A DNA stretch of 45,724 bases from a virus, in the IMG/VR virus record IMGVR_UViG_3300010385_000004. One strand, 5' to 3'. Shown here piece after piece: positions 24,144 through 32,934 of this stretch. The notes under the pieces are model-generated. The model did no database searches, had not been told where the DNA came from, and was given only the letters and a program-made list of their open reading frames with translations. How positions within the stretch are numbered: the stretch's first letter is position 1; the number at the start of each line of letters is the position of its first letter. A program made the position numbers and the translations under genes.

Positions 24144-24172
24144 AAAGGGAGCTTAATTGCTCCCTTTTTTTT
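24144..24172. terminator. bidirectional Rho-independent terminator
   Basis: aaagggagc-TTAATT-gctcccttt followed by a T8 run. It lies between the capsid gene and a converging minus-strand ORF. Confidence 0.85.
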
Positions 24173-24180
24173 GCCTAAAA

Positions 24181-24372
24181 TTAATCAAGCCTATTGAACG
24201 AGGTAATGCAAGTTGGTGTGTGTTTTGGTATGTTGAAATCACGCTTAAACCTTTCTGTGTAGTTTTTTATGAGGTCGTTGTACTCTTCGTGTGTTGATAT
24301 TGGGTTTTCAGTTTGAATGGTTCCAGACTGCGTGTCTTTCCCGCATGCGCTACTGATAAAGTAAAGTGCCAT
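24181..24372 (-). CDS. hypothetical protein (63 aa), antisense moron
   Basis: ORF track. RBS agga lies 7 nt upstream. An in-frame upstream stop excludes a longer N-terminus. Confidence 0.5.
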   Translation of the reverse strand: MALYFISSACGKDTQSGTIQTENPISTHEEYNDLIKNYTERFKRDFNIPKHTPTCITSFNRLD

Positions 24373-24519
24373 TTGTTTTCCTAGTGTTTGCTGTTAATTT
24401 AAATCAACAATAATGAACTTTCGCAATATTGTAAAGCTCTATTTGCAATATTGGCTTTAAAATAAAATAGGGTGTAAACTAAACACTCTATATATTCATA
24501 AACAAATAAGGTGCATAGC

Positions 24520-24921
24520 ATGGCAACCCCAGCAAAAAACAAATTAACAAAAATCTATTCACAAGCGTCAAACGATGTTGTGATTGCAAAGTATGAAAAC
24601 AAAGGCGAAAAAGAAGGTAACAAATCACAAAGTAATAACGTGATTGAAAAAGCTATCATCGTTAAAGGTGGTGCTAACGTTGCTTATAGTGCGTCAAACA
24701 AGTTGCAGCGCAATACTAAATGGGCTGTTACCGAAGTTAACGCAGAAGACCTTGAGATTTTAAAAGCTCACAAAGGTTTTATGCGTCGCGTTAAACGTGG
24801 TTTTATTACTATCGACCAAGAGCCTGCAGAGCTTAAAGCGGACAAGTCTGCGCAACTTACTAAAGAGCAAATGAAAGCCAAGACTAAAGCCGAAGTTAAA
24901 ACTGGCCCTGTTGAAGAGTAA
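24520..24921 (+). CDS. hypothetical Lys-rich protein (133 aa; the track ORF starts at GTG 24511)
   Basis: The ATG at 24520 is preceded by aaggtg. Confidence 0.6.
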   Translation: MATPAKNKLTKIYSQASNDVVIAKYENKGEKEGNKSQSNNVIEKAIIVKGGANVAYSASNKLQRNTKWAVTEVNAEDLEILKAHKGFMRRVKRGFITIDQEPAELKADKSAQLTKEQMKAKTKAEVKTGPVEE

Positions 24922-24927
24922 TTAAGT

Positions 24928-25152
24928 ATGGAAAATCAACATAAGAAAATCAAAGGCTATCGTGATTTAAGCCAGCAAGAAGTTAATGATATGAATGACA
25001 TTAAAGCCGAAGGTCAAAGGCTTAAAACTGTTATTGCAGCAATGCGTAGCCGCAAAGAAATAGATCAGCGTTGGGTTTCAATTGCTGAAACTCATTTACA
25101 GCAAGGCATTATGGCAGCGGTTAGAGCAATAGCTCAGCCAGATTCATTCTAA
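24928..25152 (+). CDS. acb2: Acb2-like small protein (Phage_gp49_66-type), candidate cyclic-oligonucleotide sponge
   Basis: KGYRDLSQQEVNDMNDIKAEG...DQRWVSIAETHLQQGIMAAVRAIAQPDSF matches my recollection of the family pattern. Tyr11 and Lys26 are present. It lies just downstream of the capsid module. Confidence 0.5.
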   Translation: MENQHKKIKGYRDLSQQEVNDMNDIKAEGQRLKTVIAAMRSRKEIDQRWVSIAETHLQQGIMAAVRAIAQPDSF

Positions 25153-25161
25153 GGATTTAAA

Positions 25162-25587
25162 ATGACTGTTCTCAATATACAAACATTTAGAGCTAGCTTT
25201 TCCTTATACGCTGACGAAGCTACATACCCTGACGAGTTGTTGAATGCTCAATATGAAATCGGTAAATGCTACATTGCAGATAATAACTGCACGATTGCTG
25301 AACCATGTCGCGAGTATGCGTTGCAATCGATGCTAGCTCATTTGCTGTATATTCGAGATCAAGTTAATTCAGGTAACAACGTTGGCATTATCACACAGGC
25401 AAGTGAGGGTGAAGTAAGTGTTTCACTCGCTACGCCTGTTGTTGATGATGAGTGGCATTACTGGTTTAACTCTTCGCCGTTTGGCCGTGAATTAATCGCC
25501 TTGCTTGATGTGCAATCGGTGGGCGGTTTTTACGTTGGTGGAAATCCAGAGCGAAGAGCCTTTAGAAAGGTGGGGGGTATGTTTTGA
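25162..25587 (+). CDS. head-tail connector protein (DUF4054-like)
   Basis: LNIQTFRASFSLYADEATYPDELLNAQYEIGKCYI matches the DUF4054 N-terminal pattern. The position fits. Confidence 0.55.
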   Translation: MTVLNIQTFRASFSLYADEATYPDELLNAQYEIGKCYIADNNCTIAEPCREYALQSMLAHLLYIRDQVNSGNNVGIITQASEGEVSVSLATPVVDDEWHYWFNSSPFGRELIALLDVQSVGGFYVGGNPERRAFRKVGGMF

Positions 25588-25704
25588 TTGGTGGAATAAA
25601 AGTTAAAATTAAAGTTAAGCATATGTGGTTAATAAGATTAATCAATACACCACTAATTTTATTTGGGTTTAAAACATTTATACCCATCTTTTGCGTTGTT
25701 ATTG

Positions 25705-26262
25705 ATGGTGAGTAGGGTCAAGGTCGATCTAACCGCACTTAAAAACCTAAGCAAGTCTTTGGGTTCGGTGGATGATAAAAAGCTTCAAGTAGGCTGGTTT
25801 TCATCTGCCAATTACAAAGAAGGCTTGCCCGTTGCTCAAGTTGCTTTTTGGCAAGAGTACGGAACAACCTCTTCACCGCCTAGACCATTCTTTAGACCAG
25901 CTATTGACGACAACACTAACAAGTGGAGCTCATTGGTAGAGGATGGTTTTAAGGCTGCACTAGAAGGCGATGTGACTGTTGATAATATTTTTAACGGCCT
26001 AGGCTTAACGGTACAGGCTGATATTAAAAACGCCATTAATAGCACTCATCAAGCCTTATCACCTGTTACATTAGCGCTTAGAAAGCTTCGTGACGATGGC
26101 TACACAGTCAACGGCTCGCTAGTTGGTGCTGTTGCTGATGCGGTTAGTAAGGGCGAAACTAGCGCAGGTCAATTGGGTGCACCATCATCTAATACAACTC
26201 CACTAAATGACACTGGCATTATGATTGGCACATTGACTTATAATATCGGCGGTGAAGAATGA
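25705..26262 (+). CDS. HK97 gp10-like head-tail joining protein (the track ORF starts at TTG 25663)
   Basis: VKVDLTALKNL...VAQVAFWQEYGTTSSPPRPFFRPAID matches the gp10-family pattern. Confidence 0.6.
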   Translation: MVSRVKVDLTALKNLSKSLGSVDDKKLQVGWFSSANYKEGLPVAQVAFWQEYGTTSSPPRPFFRPAIDDNTNKWSSLVEDGFKAALEGDVTVDNIFNGLGLTVQADIKNAINSTHQALSPVTLALRKLRDDGYTVNGSLVGAVADAVSKGETSAGQLGAPSSNTTPLNDTGIMIGTLTYNIGGEE

Positions 26263-26630
26263 ACAACTTTAATATAAATTTACTGGCCGCTACTCAATCA
26301 GTAATAGGCAAACAGCAATACCAGATTAAAAAATGGCTAGGTAAAACCACTAACGAAGCGGGTTTTAAAATTGACTCGTACGCAGAGCCAGAAGATCGTA
26401 GCGGAAGTGTGCAACCTGTTAGCCGCAGCAAGTACGAACATTTAGGTTTAGACTTTTCAAAGCTTTACATTAAGATTTTTGACGTTGAATTGATCGACGT
26501 GCTGAGTCGTACTGAAAATGCAGATCAAATAATATGGAAAGACGGTGTTTACAAAGCTATGCCTAACATGGACTGGAGTAATTCAGGTTCATGGAATAGC
26601 GTTTTATGCGTGAGGGTGTCTGATGCTTGA
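26259..26630 (+). CDS. neck/tail-completion protein (hypothetical)
   Basis: Called from position and overlapping start and stop codons only. Confidence 0.4.
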   Translation: MNNFNINLLAATQSVIGKQQYQIKKWLGKTTNEAGFKIDSYAEPEDRSGSVQPVSRSKYEHLGLDFSKLYIKIFDVELIDVLSRTENADQIIWKDGVYKAMPNMDWSNSGSWNSVLCVRVSDA

Positions 26631-27150
26631 TAATGAATTGATGATCTCCATACGCTCAGAGTTGCTTAGCCTACTAGCTAACTATTCAGCACATGACTTA
26701 AGTGACGTTGAAGTTTCTAGGTCATACCAGCCGACACAGCAAGCGGCTACTGAGCAACGAGTAATTGTTATTCATCGCATAACCAATCCACAGGTTGGCG
26801 GTGGTTTAAAGTACGTAGGTCAAACTAGAATTGAGCAAAGATTAAAGCGGGCTACCTTTCAATTTGATTGCCTAGCGCCTTTCGATGAAAGCGACGTTAA
26901 CGCCCTGTTACCCTCTGATATTGCCAACATTGCCGCAGACTTATTGCAAAGTTACAATAGCATAAGGAATTTACGTGCAAAGGGTGTTAATATTGAACGT
27001 GTAACCGATGTTAGACCAAGTTATTTTATTAATGATAAAGAGCGCCATGAATCGGCACCCTCATTTGATTTAACTGTTAACTACCAGCACGATTACGGAA
27101 ACGAGATCCCCGACATTACTGGGGTTACTACAAACAACTATGGTGTATAA
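26623..27150 (+). CDS. tail completion/terminator-like protein (hypothetical)
   Basis: Position immediately upstream of the sheath-like gene. Confidence 0.4.
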   Translation: MLDNELMISIRSELLSLLANYSAHDLSDVEVSRSYQPTQQAATEQRVIVIHRITNPQVGGGLKYVGQTRIEQRLKRATFQFDCLAPFDESDVNALLPSDIANIAADLLQSYNSIRNLRAKGVNIERVTDVRPSYFINDKERHESAPSFDLTVNYQHDYGNEIPDITGVTTNNYGV

Positions 27151-27153
27151 ACT

Positions 27154-28623
27154 ATGGCTATAAACTCCAATAAGTATATAAGTATTACGTCTGGTATTGG
27201 CGGGGCTGCATCGGTTAGCGCACGCGAATTACTATGTCGTATTTTTACTATCAATGAACTAGTCCCAACTGGGTCGGTTTTAAAATTTAGCGATTCTGAT
27301 TCGGTACTATCATATTTTGGTGCTGACTCGGAAGAATACAAACGCGCATCTTTTTACTTTAGCTTTATTTCAAAAGCTATTACGTCACCTAGCAACATTA
27401 CTTTTGCTCGCTGGGCTAAGACTGATACGTCTGCGCAAGTGTTTGGCACTAAAGCTGGTACGCTTGCAGAGTTAAACGCAATTACAGCGGGTACATTTAC
27501 CGTCACTTTAGCTGGCGTTCCAAGCGTGGTTACAGTGGATTTAAGTTCGGCAACTAGCTATGCAGACGTTGCAACAGAATTGCAAACCAAAATACAAGCT
27601 GGTGGCGGTTTAGATGCTGCTACGGTTTCTTACAATGCAACCAATACGCAGTTTAACTTAGATACAAACGGAACTGCTGATGGTGAAATTTCTATCACTG
27701 GTGAGCTTGATGTATTGGCGGCTATTGGTTGGAATGCTTTGGCAACGTTTAGTAATGGTGTTTTAGCTGAGTCAGTAACGGAAGTTCTAGCAAACTCTGC
27801 TGAACTAACAAATGATTTTGGTTCATTCGTATTTACTTACGAGTCATCTCCAACGCTTGACCAAAAAGCAGAAGCTGCAGCGTGGAATGCAACACGTAAC
27901 AACGAGTTTCAATATCATACATCTTGCAATATTGCAGACTACGCTACTTACTCTGCTGAGTTGCTTGGCTATGCTGGTTGTGGTGTGACTGTGAAACTTG
28001 ATGGTGAGTATCAAGAAATGCTTCCATGTGCTTTACTAGCAAGCCAAGACTTTACAAGCAACTCTGCTGCTGCTAATTACATGTATGTGCAAAACGGCAG
28101 CTTATCGGCAACGGTAACAACTACGACTTTATCTAATTCATTAGACTCTGCACGCATTAACTACTACGGCCAAACGCAAGAGGCTGGCAATCAAATTAGC
28201 TTCTACCAACGCGGCACGTTAATGGATGGCGTTAAGATGGGCGTATACGCTAATGAGCAATGGTTGAAGTCAGACTTGAAAGCTGGTTTCTTAAACATGT
28301 TTTTAGCACTTCCAATTGTTGGCGCTGATGATTCAGGTAAGGCAATTGCCATGTCTTACATTGCAGACACGGTAGGCAAAGCCGTTGCCAATGGCTCTAT
28401 TGCTCAAGGCAAGGTTTTAACTAACACTCAAATTCAATACATTAACCAAATATCAGGTAACACTACAGCTTATCGTGATGTTGCAAGTAAAGGTTATTGG
28501 TTTGAAGCTAAGATCGAGCAAGAAGTAAATGAAGGTGTAACTGAATACTACATCGACTATACTTTAATTTATGCGAAACGTGACGCTGTTGACAGTGTTG
28601 TCGGTCGCCACATTTTAATCTAA
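27154..28623 (+). CDS. DUF3383-type tail sheath-like / major tail protein
   Basis: 489 aa, followed by a DUF3277-like tube gene, chaperone and tape measure. The family assignment is from memory of this conserved module. Confidence 0.6.
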   Translation: MAINSNKYISITSGIGGAASVSARELLCRIFTINELVPTGSVLKFSDSDSVLSYFGADSEEYKRASFYFSFISKAITSPSNITFARWAKTDTSAQVFGTKAGTLAELNAITAGTFTVTLAGVPSVVTVDLSSATSYADVATELQTKIQAGGGLDAATVSYNATNTQFNLDTNGTADGEISITGELDVLAAIGWNALATFSNGVLAESVTEVLANSAELTNDFGSFVFTYESSPTLDQKAEAAAWNATRNNEFQYHTSCNIADYATYSAELLGYAGCGVTVKLDGEYQEMLPCALLASQDFTSNSAAANYMYVQNGSLSATVTTTTLSNSLDSARINYYGQTQEAGNQISFYQRGTLMDGVKMGVYANEQWLKSDLKAGFLNMFLALPIVGADDSGKAIAMSYIADTVGKAVANGSIAQGKVLTNTQIQYINQISGNTTAYRDVASKGYWFEAKIEQEVNEGVTEYYIDYTLIYAKRDAVDSVVGRHILI

Positions 28624-28633
28624 GGGGTTTGTA

Positions 28634-29104
28634 ATGCCTGATTTATCGATATTCGGAACCGTTGCAACCGTTACAGCCAGCAACACATTGCCAGGCCCTC
28701 AGCCGATCACGCACTTTGCTGATGATGCCGATGGAATGGATTTACCAGAACAAACTATTGCCGATATGGTTTTAGGTGTAAATGGCGATGCAGCTTCATG
28801 GTCTGTTGCTTCACCTATTGAGCTAGCAATAAACTTAATACCAAACACGCCAAGTCATTTAACTATGGGAACTATCTTTGAGGCTAATCGACCTGAAAAG
28901 GGTAAGCTTCCAGCGCGTGACCAAATCACAGTTGTTCGTATTGCGCCTGACGGTTCAACGCTTACACTGACTGGTGGTAAAATGATTAGCGGAACTCCTG
29001 CTACTTCTATGGCAAGTTCTGGTAGAATAAAAACAGCGGCGTACAAGTTACGCTTTGCTAAAATGCAATTCACGCCATCACCTGATGCTGTGTTAGACAT
29101 TTAA
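28634..29104 (+). CDS. DUF3277-type tail tube protein
   Basis: 156 aa. Position between the sheath-like gene and the chaperone. Confidence 0.55.
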   Translation: MPDLSIFGTVATVTASNTLPGPQPITHFADDADGMDLPEQTIADMVLGVNGDAASWSVASPIELAINLIPNTPSHLTMGTIFEANRPEKGKLPARDQITVVRIAPDGSTLTLTGGKMISGTPATSMASSGRIKTAAYKLRFAKMQFTPSPDAVLDI

Positions 29105-29110
29105 CCTTAT

Positions 29111-29173
29111 AATTACTAACTAGGCAGCTAGAGCCGAAAAGGTCGCACCGGACTCTGTTAGTAATTCTTTTTT
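29111..29173 (+). terminator. long imperfect hairpin plus T6: attenuator between tube and chaperone genes
   Basis: Perfect 10-bp outer stem aattactaac (29111-29120) / gttagtaatt (29157-29166), inner stem gagccg / cggactc with one bulge, then cTTTTTTc. Confidence 0.6.
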
Positions 29174-29198
29174 CGGTGATACATAGAAAGGTGTAACT

Positions 29199-29642
29199 AT
29201 GTCAAATATCCCATTAATAAAGCCTCAAGAAGTCACTTTAAAATCTATTGATGATGAAGTGAAAACATTCAGAATTTCTCGCGTACCCGCTAGCCGTGGC
29301 CGTGAAATATTTACTCAGTACATACCGACCGCAGCGCCAAAAGTAGGCAACTACCAATCTAACGAAAAGCTTATGCACATGCTAATGAGCTACGTTGACG
29401 TTAAAGCTGCCGATGGTTCTTGGGTTCGTTTAAGTAACGAAGCGATATTAAACTCTCATATTTTAGATTGGGAAATGCTGGTCAAGCTTGAGCTTGAAAT
29501 GGTGAAATATAATACAAATTTTTTCAGTCCCGAAAAGCTGTCAGGCGCATTGGCGAAATTCAATCAGACGCTCCCCGAACGTCTTATGTCAATGTTGAAC
29601 CGCTTCTCGGCGCAATTATCAGCGAAAAACAAGCAACCTTAA
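29199..29642 (+). CDS. tail assembly chaperone (G-like)
   Basis: 147 aa, directly upstream of the tape measure gene. Confidence 0.7.
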   Translation: MSNIPLIKPQEVTLKSIDDEVKTFRISRVPASRGREIFTQYIPTAAPKVGNYQSNEKLMHMLMSYVDVKAADGSWVRLSNEAILNSHILDWEMLVKLELEMVKYNTNFFSPEKLSGALAKFNQTLPERLMSMLNRFSAQLSAKNKQP

Positions 29643-29761
29643 TTGAATTAAGATCCGTTTATGATTACGAAGATGCGCTCGATATGTATGAGTGCATTAT
29701 GATACCGAAAATAAACGAACACTTATCAATTGAGTATCAGAAGAAACAAAAGGCGAAATAA
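29199..29761 (+). CDS. tail assembly chaperone, -1 frameshift product (GT-like)
   Basis: The -1 frame is open from before 29582 to the TAA at 29759-29761. It encodes ..IELRSVYDYEDALDMYECIMIPKINEHLSIEYQKKQKAK. An A5 slip site (cgAAAAAc) lies at 29623-29630. The stop overlaps the tape measure ATG. Confidence 0.6.
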
Positions 29762-31308
29762 TGAGTCTATTAAGCACATTCGGTATTCTTTTTGAGACTG
29801 ATGCAGAAAAAGCAAAGCGTGAAATTGACGACGTAAATAAAAGCTTAGGCAACACAGAAAACAATGCCAATGATGCTACTGGCTCATTTGACGATCTTGG
29901 GACTTCTGTTGATGAAAGCGCGACTAGCTTTTTCGGGCTATCAGAAGGGCTTGTAACTGCGGCGGCTGGTCTTGTCGCGGTTACCGGTTTATTTGCTGGG
30001 CTAACATCACAAGCATTGGCAACAGATGAAATCGGTAAGTTTAGCGAAACGCTAGGTTTAAATATTGAAGAGGTTGGAGCATGGGGTGAAGCTGTTAAAC
30101 GCTCAGGTGGTGACGCTGCCAGTTTTAGAGGGTCGTTACAGGGCCTTAACAGCCAGCTTACAGATATTAGCTTAACCGGTGGCGGTGAGTCTGCGGAAAT
30201 ATTTGCACGCTTAGGCATTAACGCTTTAGATGCTGGCGGTAAAATCAGAAGTGCATTTGATGTGCTGCCAGAGCTTGCCGACTCATTCCAAAATTTAAGC
30301 AAGGCTGAGGCCGTTGGCTTTGGTCAAAAGCTAGGTTTAGACCAAGGCACAATAATGCTATTACAACAAGGTCGAGTAGCAGTTGAGGAATTGGTGGGGC
30401 GTCAAAAAGAATTAGGTGTAGCCACTCAAGAAGATTACTTAGCCGCAGCAAAATTCAATGATGCACTCGACGATAGCAAACAAGTATTTGCAAACCTATT
30501 CACTAGCGCGGGCACAACTATTTTACCGTTGCTGACTTCGATGCTTGAAGGCTTTGAGGTTATAGTTGATTGGATTAGGAAAAATCAAACGCTAGTTAGT
30601 GGGTTTTTCATCGCTGTTGCTGGTGTTGTCGCTGCTGTATACCTACCAGCTATGGCAAGCGCGGCCGCTGCAACCTTAGCTGCTGCTGCTCCATTCCTTA
30701 TTATCGGTGCTGCAATAGCCGCTGTAGGTGCTGCGTTCGCCATTCTTTATGAGGATGTTGTCGCATACCTTGGCGGGCAAGAGTCTTACATAGGTGACTT
30801 AGCGAAAAAATACGAATGGTTTGGGACTATTGTTGATGCAGTCATTAACGCTGTAAAGTTTCAAATTAGAACGCTTGGTGCTGTGTTTGACTGGTTGACT
30901 GATTTGTTTTTATCACCAGTAGAAACGATCAACAAACTAGGCCAAAGCATCAAAGATATGGTTAACGATGCGCTTAATGTAATACCTGAAATCGGAGATT
31001 CATTCGACGAGGCTTTTAGCGGCGTTAAATCATTCTTCGGAATTGAGGACGATGAAGTAAACGCCAACGTAAACAAGGCGATCACCGTTACTGGTGCAAT
31101 CAATAGCAACCCGCTAAACGGGCAGACTAGCGCGTCAATCGTTAATAGCCAGCAATCTATCAGTCGAAACAATAATATAAACGTAGGAGGCACGACAGTT
31201 AACACGCAAGCAACTGACGCACAAAGCGTAGCCAACGCTATAGGCTCAAGCTTGAACGACCAAATACAAATGGCTGTGGGCCAACTTGATGATGCAGAGG
31301 CTTACTAA
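29761..31308 (+). CDS. tail tape measure protein
   Basis: 515 aa with a coiled-coil N-terminus and a central Ala/Gly-rich hydrophobic block (FFIAVAGVVAAVYLPAMASAAAATLAAAAPFLIIGAAIAAVGAAFAIL). The position fits. Confidence 0.8.
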   Translation: MSLLSTFGILFETDAEKAKREIDDVNKSLGNTENNANDATGSFDDLGTSVDESATSFFGLSEGLVTAAAGLVAVTGLFAGLTSQALATDEIGKFSETLGLNIEEVGAWGEAVKRSGGDAASFRGSLQGLNSQLTDISLTGGGESAEIFARLGINALDAGGKIRSAFDVLPELADSFQNLSKAEAVGFGQKLGLDQGTIMLLQQGRVAVEELVGRQKELGVATQEDYLAAAKFNDALDDSKQVFANLFTSAGTTILPLLTSMLEGFEVIVDWIRKNQTLVSGFFIAVAGVVAAVYLPAMASAAAATLAAAAPFLIIGAAIAAVGAAFAILYEDVVAYLGGQESYIGDLAKKYEWFGTIVDAVINAVKFQIRTLGAVFDWLTDLFLSPVETINKLGQSIKDMVNDALNVIPEIGDSFDEAFSGVKSFFGIEDDEVNANVNKAITVTGAINSNPLNGQTSASIVNSQQSISRNNNINVGGTTVNTQATDAQSVANAIGSSLNDQIQMAVGQLDDAEAY

Positions 31309-31808
31309 TGGACGTAACTGCAATACTAGACGAAAACGGCGCTCAGCTTTTTGATACTGCTAAAATATTAAAGCTATCAGTAGCGCCAACTAATACTTAT
31401 GCTCAACATATTATTGAAGATGGTTCAGTTGTTTCTGATAATAAAATCAGGAACCAAACAAGAATTTCAATTGCTTTAATACTTGATAGTAACGATTACC
31501 AGGAAGTTTATAAAAGCATTCAAAGTGCTAGTGATGATAGTACAAAACTAAGCATACAGACGCGTACGGCTATTTATAATAATATGTATATAGAGGCTTA
31601 CCCCAGCGAGGAAAGCGCGGCTGTATTCGATACCGTTTCAATGATAATTGATTTTGAGGAGCAAAGAGTTGGAAATGTTGTTACTGAACAATTGGCCGTT
31701 TCTGATGTTGCCGATCCTGCCGATGCTGACACCACAAACCGTGGCGAGCAACTTCCTAAAGAAGATACGCGCACGACTGCGCAAAAAATAGCGGGGCTTT
31801 TTGAATGA
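31308..31808 (+). CDS. tail/baseplate protein (hypothetical)
   Basis: Position only. Confidence 0.4.
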   Translation: MDVTAILDENGAQLFDTAKILKLSVAPTNTYAQHIIEDGSVVSDNKIRNQTRISIALILDSNDYQEVYKSIQSASDDSTKLSIQTRTAIYNNMYIEAYPSEESAAVFDTVSMIIDFEEQRVGNVVTEQLAVSDVADPADADTTNRGEQLPKEDTRTTAQKIAGLFE

Positions 31809-32116
31809 CTCAATCAATAACACTTCAAGCCATACCAAGCCAAGAAATAATCATCACGCTTGATAGCCGACGCTATGAGATACAAATAAAAGATACTGGC
31901 GATTTTATGGTTTACGGAATTTCTCGCGACGGTGAAACTATTTTAGAAACTGGTTTTCGTATAGTTAACGGTGAGCCATTGCTACCTTATAAATATATGG
32001 AAGATGGTAACTTTGCATTTGTCATACCTGATAACGAAGTGGCTGATTACACAAGCTTTGAAATAACTCAATTCTTAATTTATGCCTCTCAAGAAGAGCT
32101 TGAGGCGCTTAGATGA
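31805..32116 (+). CDS. tail/baseplate protein (hypothetical)
   Basis: Position only. Confidence 0.4.
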   Translation: MTQSITLQAIPSQEIIITLDSRRYEIQIKDTGDFMVYGISRDGETILETGFRIVNGEPLLPYKYMEDGNFAFVIPDNEVADYTSFEITQFLIYASQEELEALR

Positions 32117-32934
32117 TCGATCCTAGAATAGTAAGGCTGGGCATTGAAGTTGGTGGCAATATCAAGTGGTATGAAGATTTAGCCATTTATGCAAAGGGTG
32201 TTAAGTTCACTTCGCCAAACCAAGGTCAAGCAACGATAACTATATTGAATATTAATAAAGCTACTCGCGAGTATTTAATGCGCGTAGCCAATCCGTTCAA
32301 TAAAAGCAACGTTAAAAAAAGCGTTGTTCTTGAGGTTGGCCGCGAGTCATACGGAACCACCACTTTATACACTGGCGATATTTTCAGAGTTGCACCAACT
32401 CAAAAGCCTGATCTTGGTATCGTTATTAGATGCGTTACTGGCCAGTTTAATAAAGGACGTATAATTTCAACAAGCGCCCCAGCGACATCAAAGCTATCAA
32501 GCATAGCTGCAAGTGTGGCGAGTGAAAACGGTTTAGGAATGTCGTTTGAAGTAACTGATCGTAACATTGCCAACTACAGCTTTACGGGATCACCAGAAGC
32601 ACAGATAAAAAAATTAGCTGAATTAGCAAGCGCGGACGTTTATCAAGATAATGGCATTTTATACATTAAACCTTCGGGGGTGCCAAAGGTTGGCGCAACT
32701 GTCAGAGTGTTAAATAAAAATACAGGCATGATTGGAATACCAGAAGGTACTGAAAACGGTGTAAAAGTTACAATGTTGTTTGACTCGGTAACACAAGTCG
32801 GTTCACAGATTGATCTTGAAAGTGAAATTAATCCTGTTTTAAATGGCTCATACTGCGTATATAAATTAGACTTTGATATAGCAAGCAGAGACGATCAGTT
32901 TTACCTAATTGCAGAGGCTAACAGAATACAATGA
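32113..32934 (+). CDS. baseplate hub-like protein (hypothetical)
   Basis: Position upstream of the spike gene. Confidence 0.4.
   Translation: MIDPRIVRLGIEVGGNIKWYEDLAIYAKGVKFTSPNQGQATITILNINKATREYLMRVANPFNKSNVKKSVVLEVGRESYGTTTLYTGDIFRVAPTQKPDLGIVIRCVTGQFNKGRIISTSAPATSKLSSIAASVASENGLGMSFEVTDRNIANYSFTGSPEAQIKKLAELASADVYQDNGILYIKPSGVPKVGATVRVLNKNTGMIGIPEGTENGVKVTMLFDSVTQVGSQIDLESEINPVLNGSYCVYKLDFDIASRDDQFYLIAEANRIQ

Noticed and set aside
24181-24372. Possible lipoprotein, from MALYFISSAC near the N-terminus
   Set aside because: Only 9 residues precede the Cys. There is no positively charged n-region, the -3 position is Ser rather than Leu/Val/Ile, and an in-frame stop excludes a longer signal peptide.
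29697-30302. 201-aa minus-strand ORF antisense to the tape measure gene
   Set aside because: It lies wholly within the well-supported TMP CDS. Its Ser/Ala/Pro-rich, low-complexity translation is typical of the antisense frame of an Ala/Gly-rich gene. It has no RBS or promoter context.
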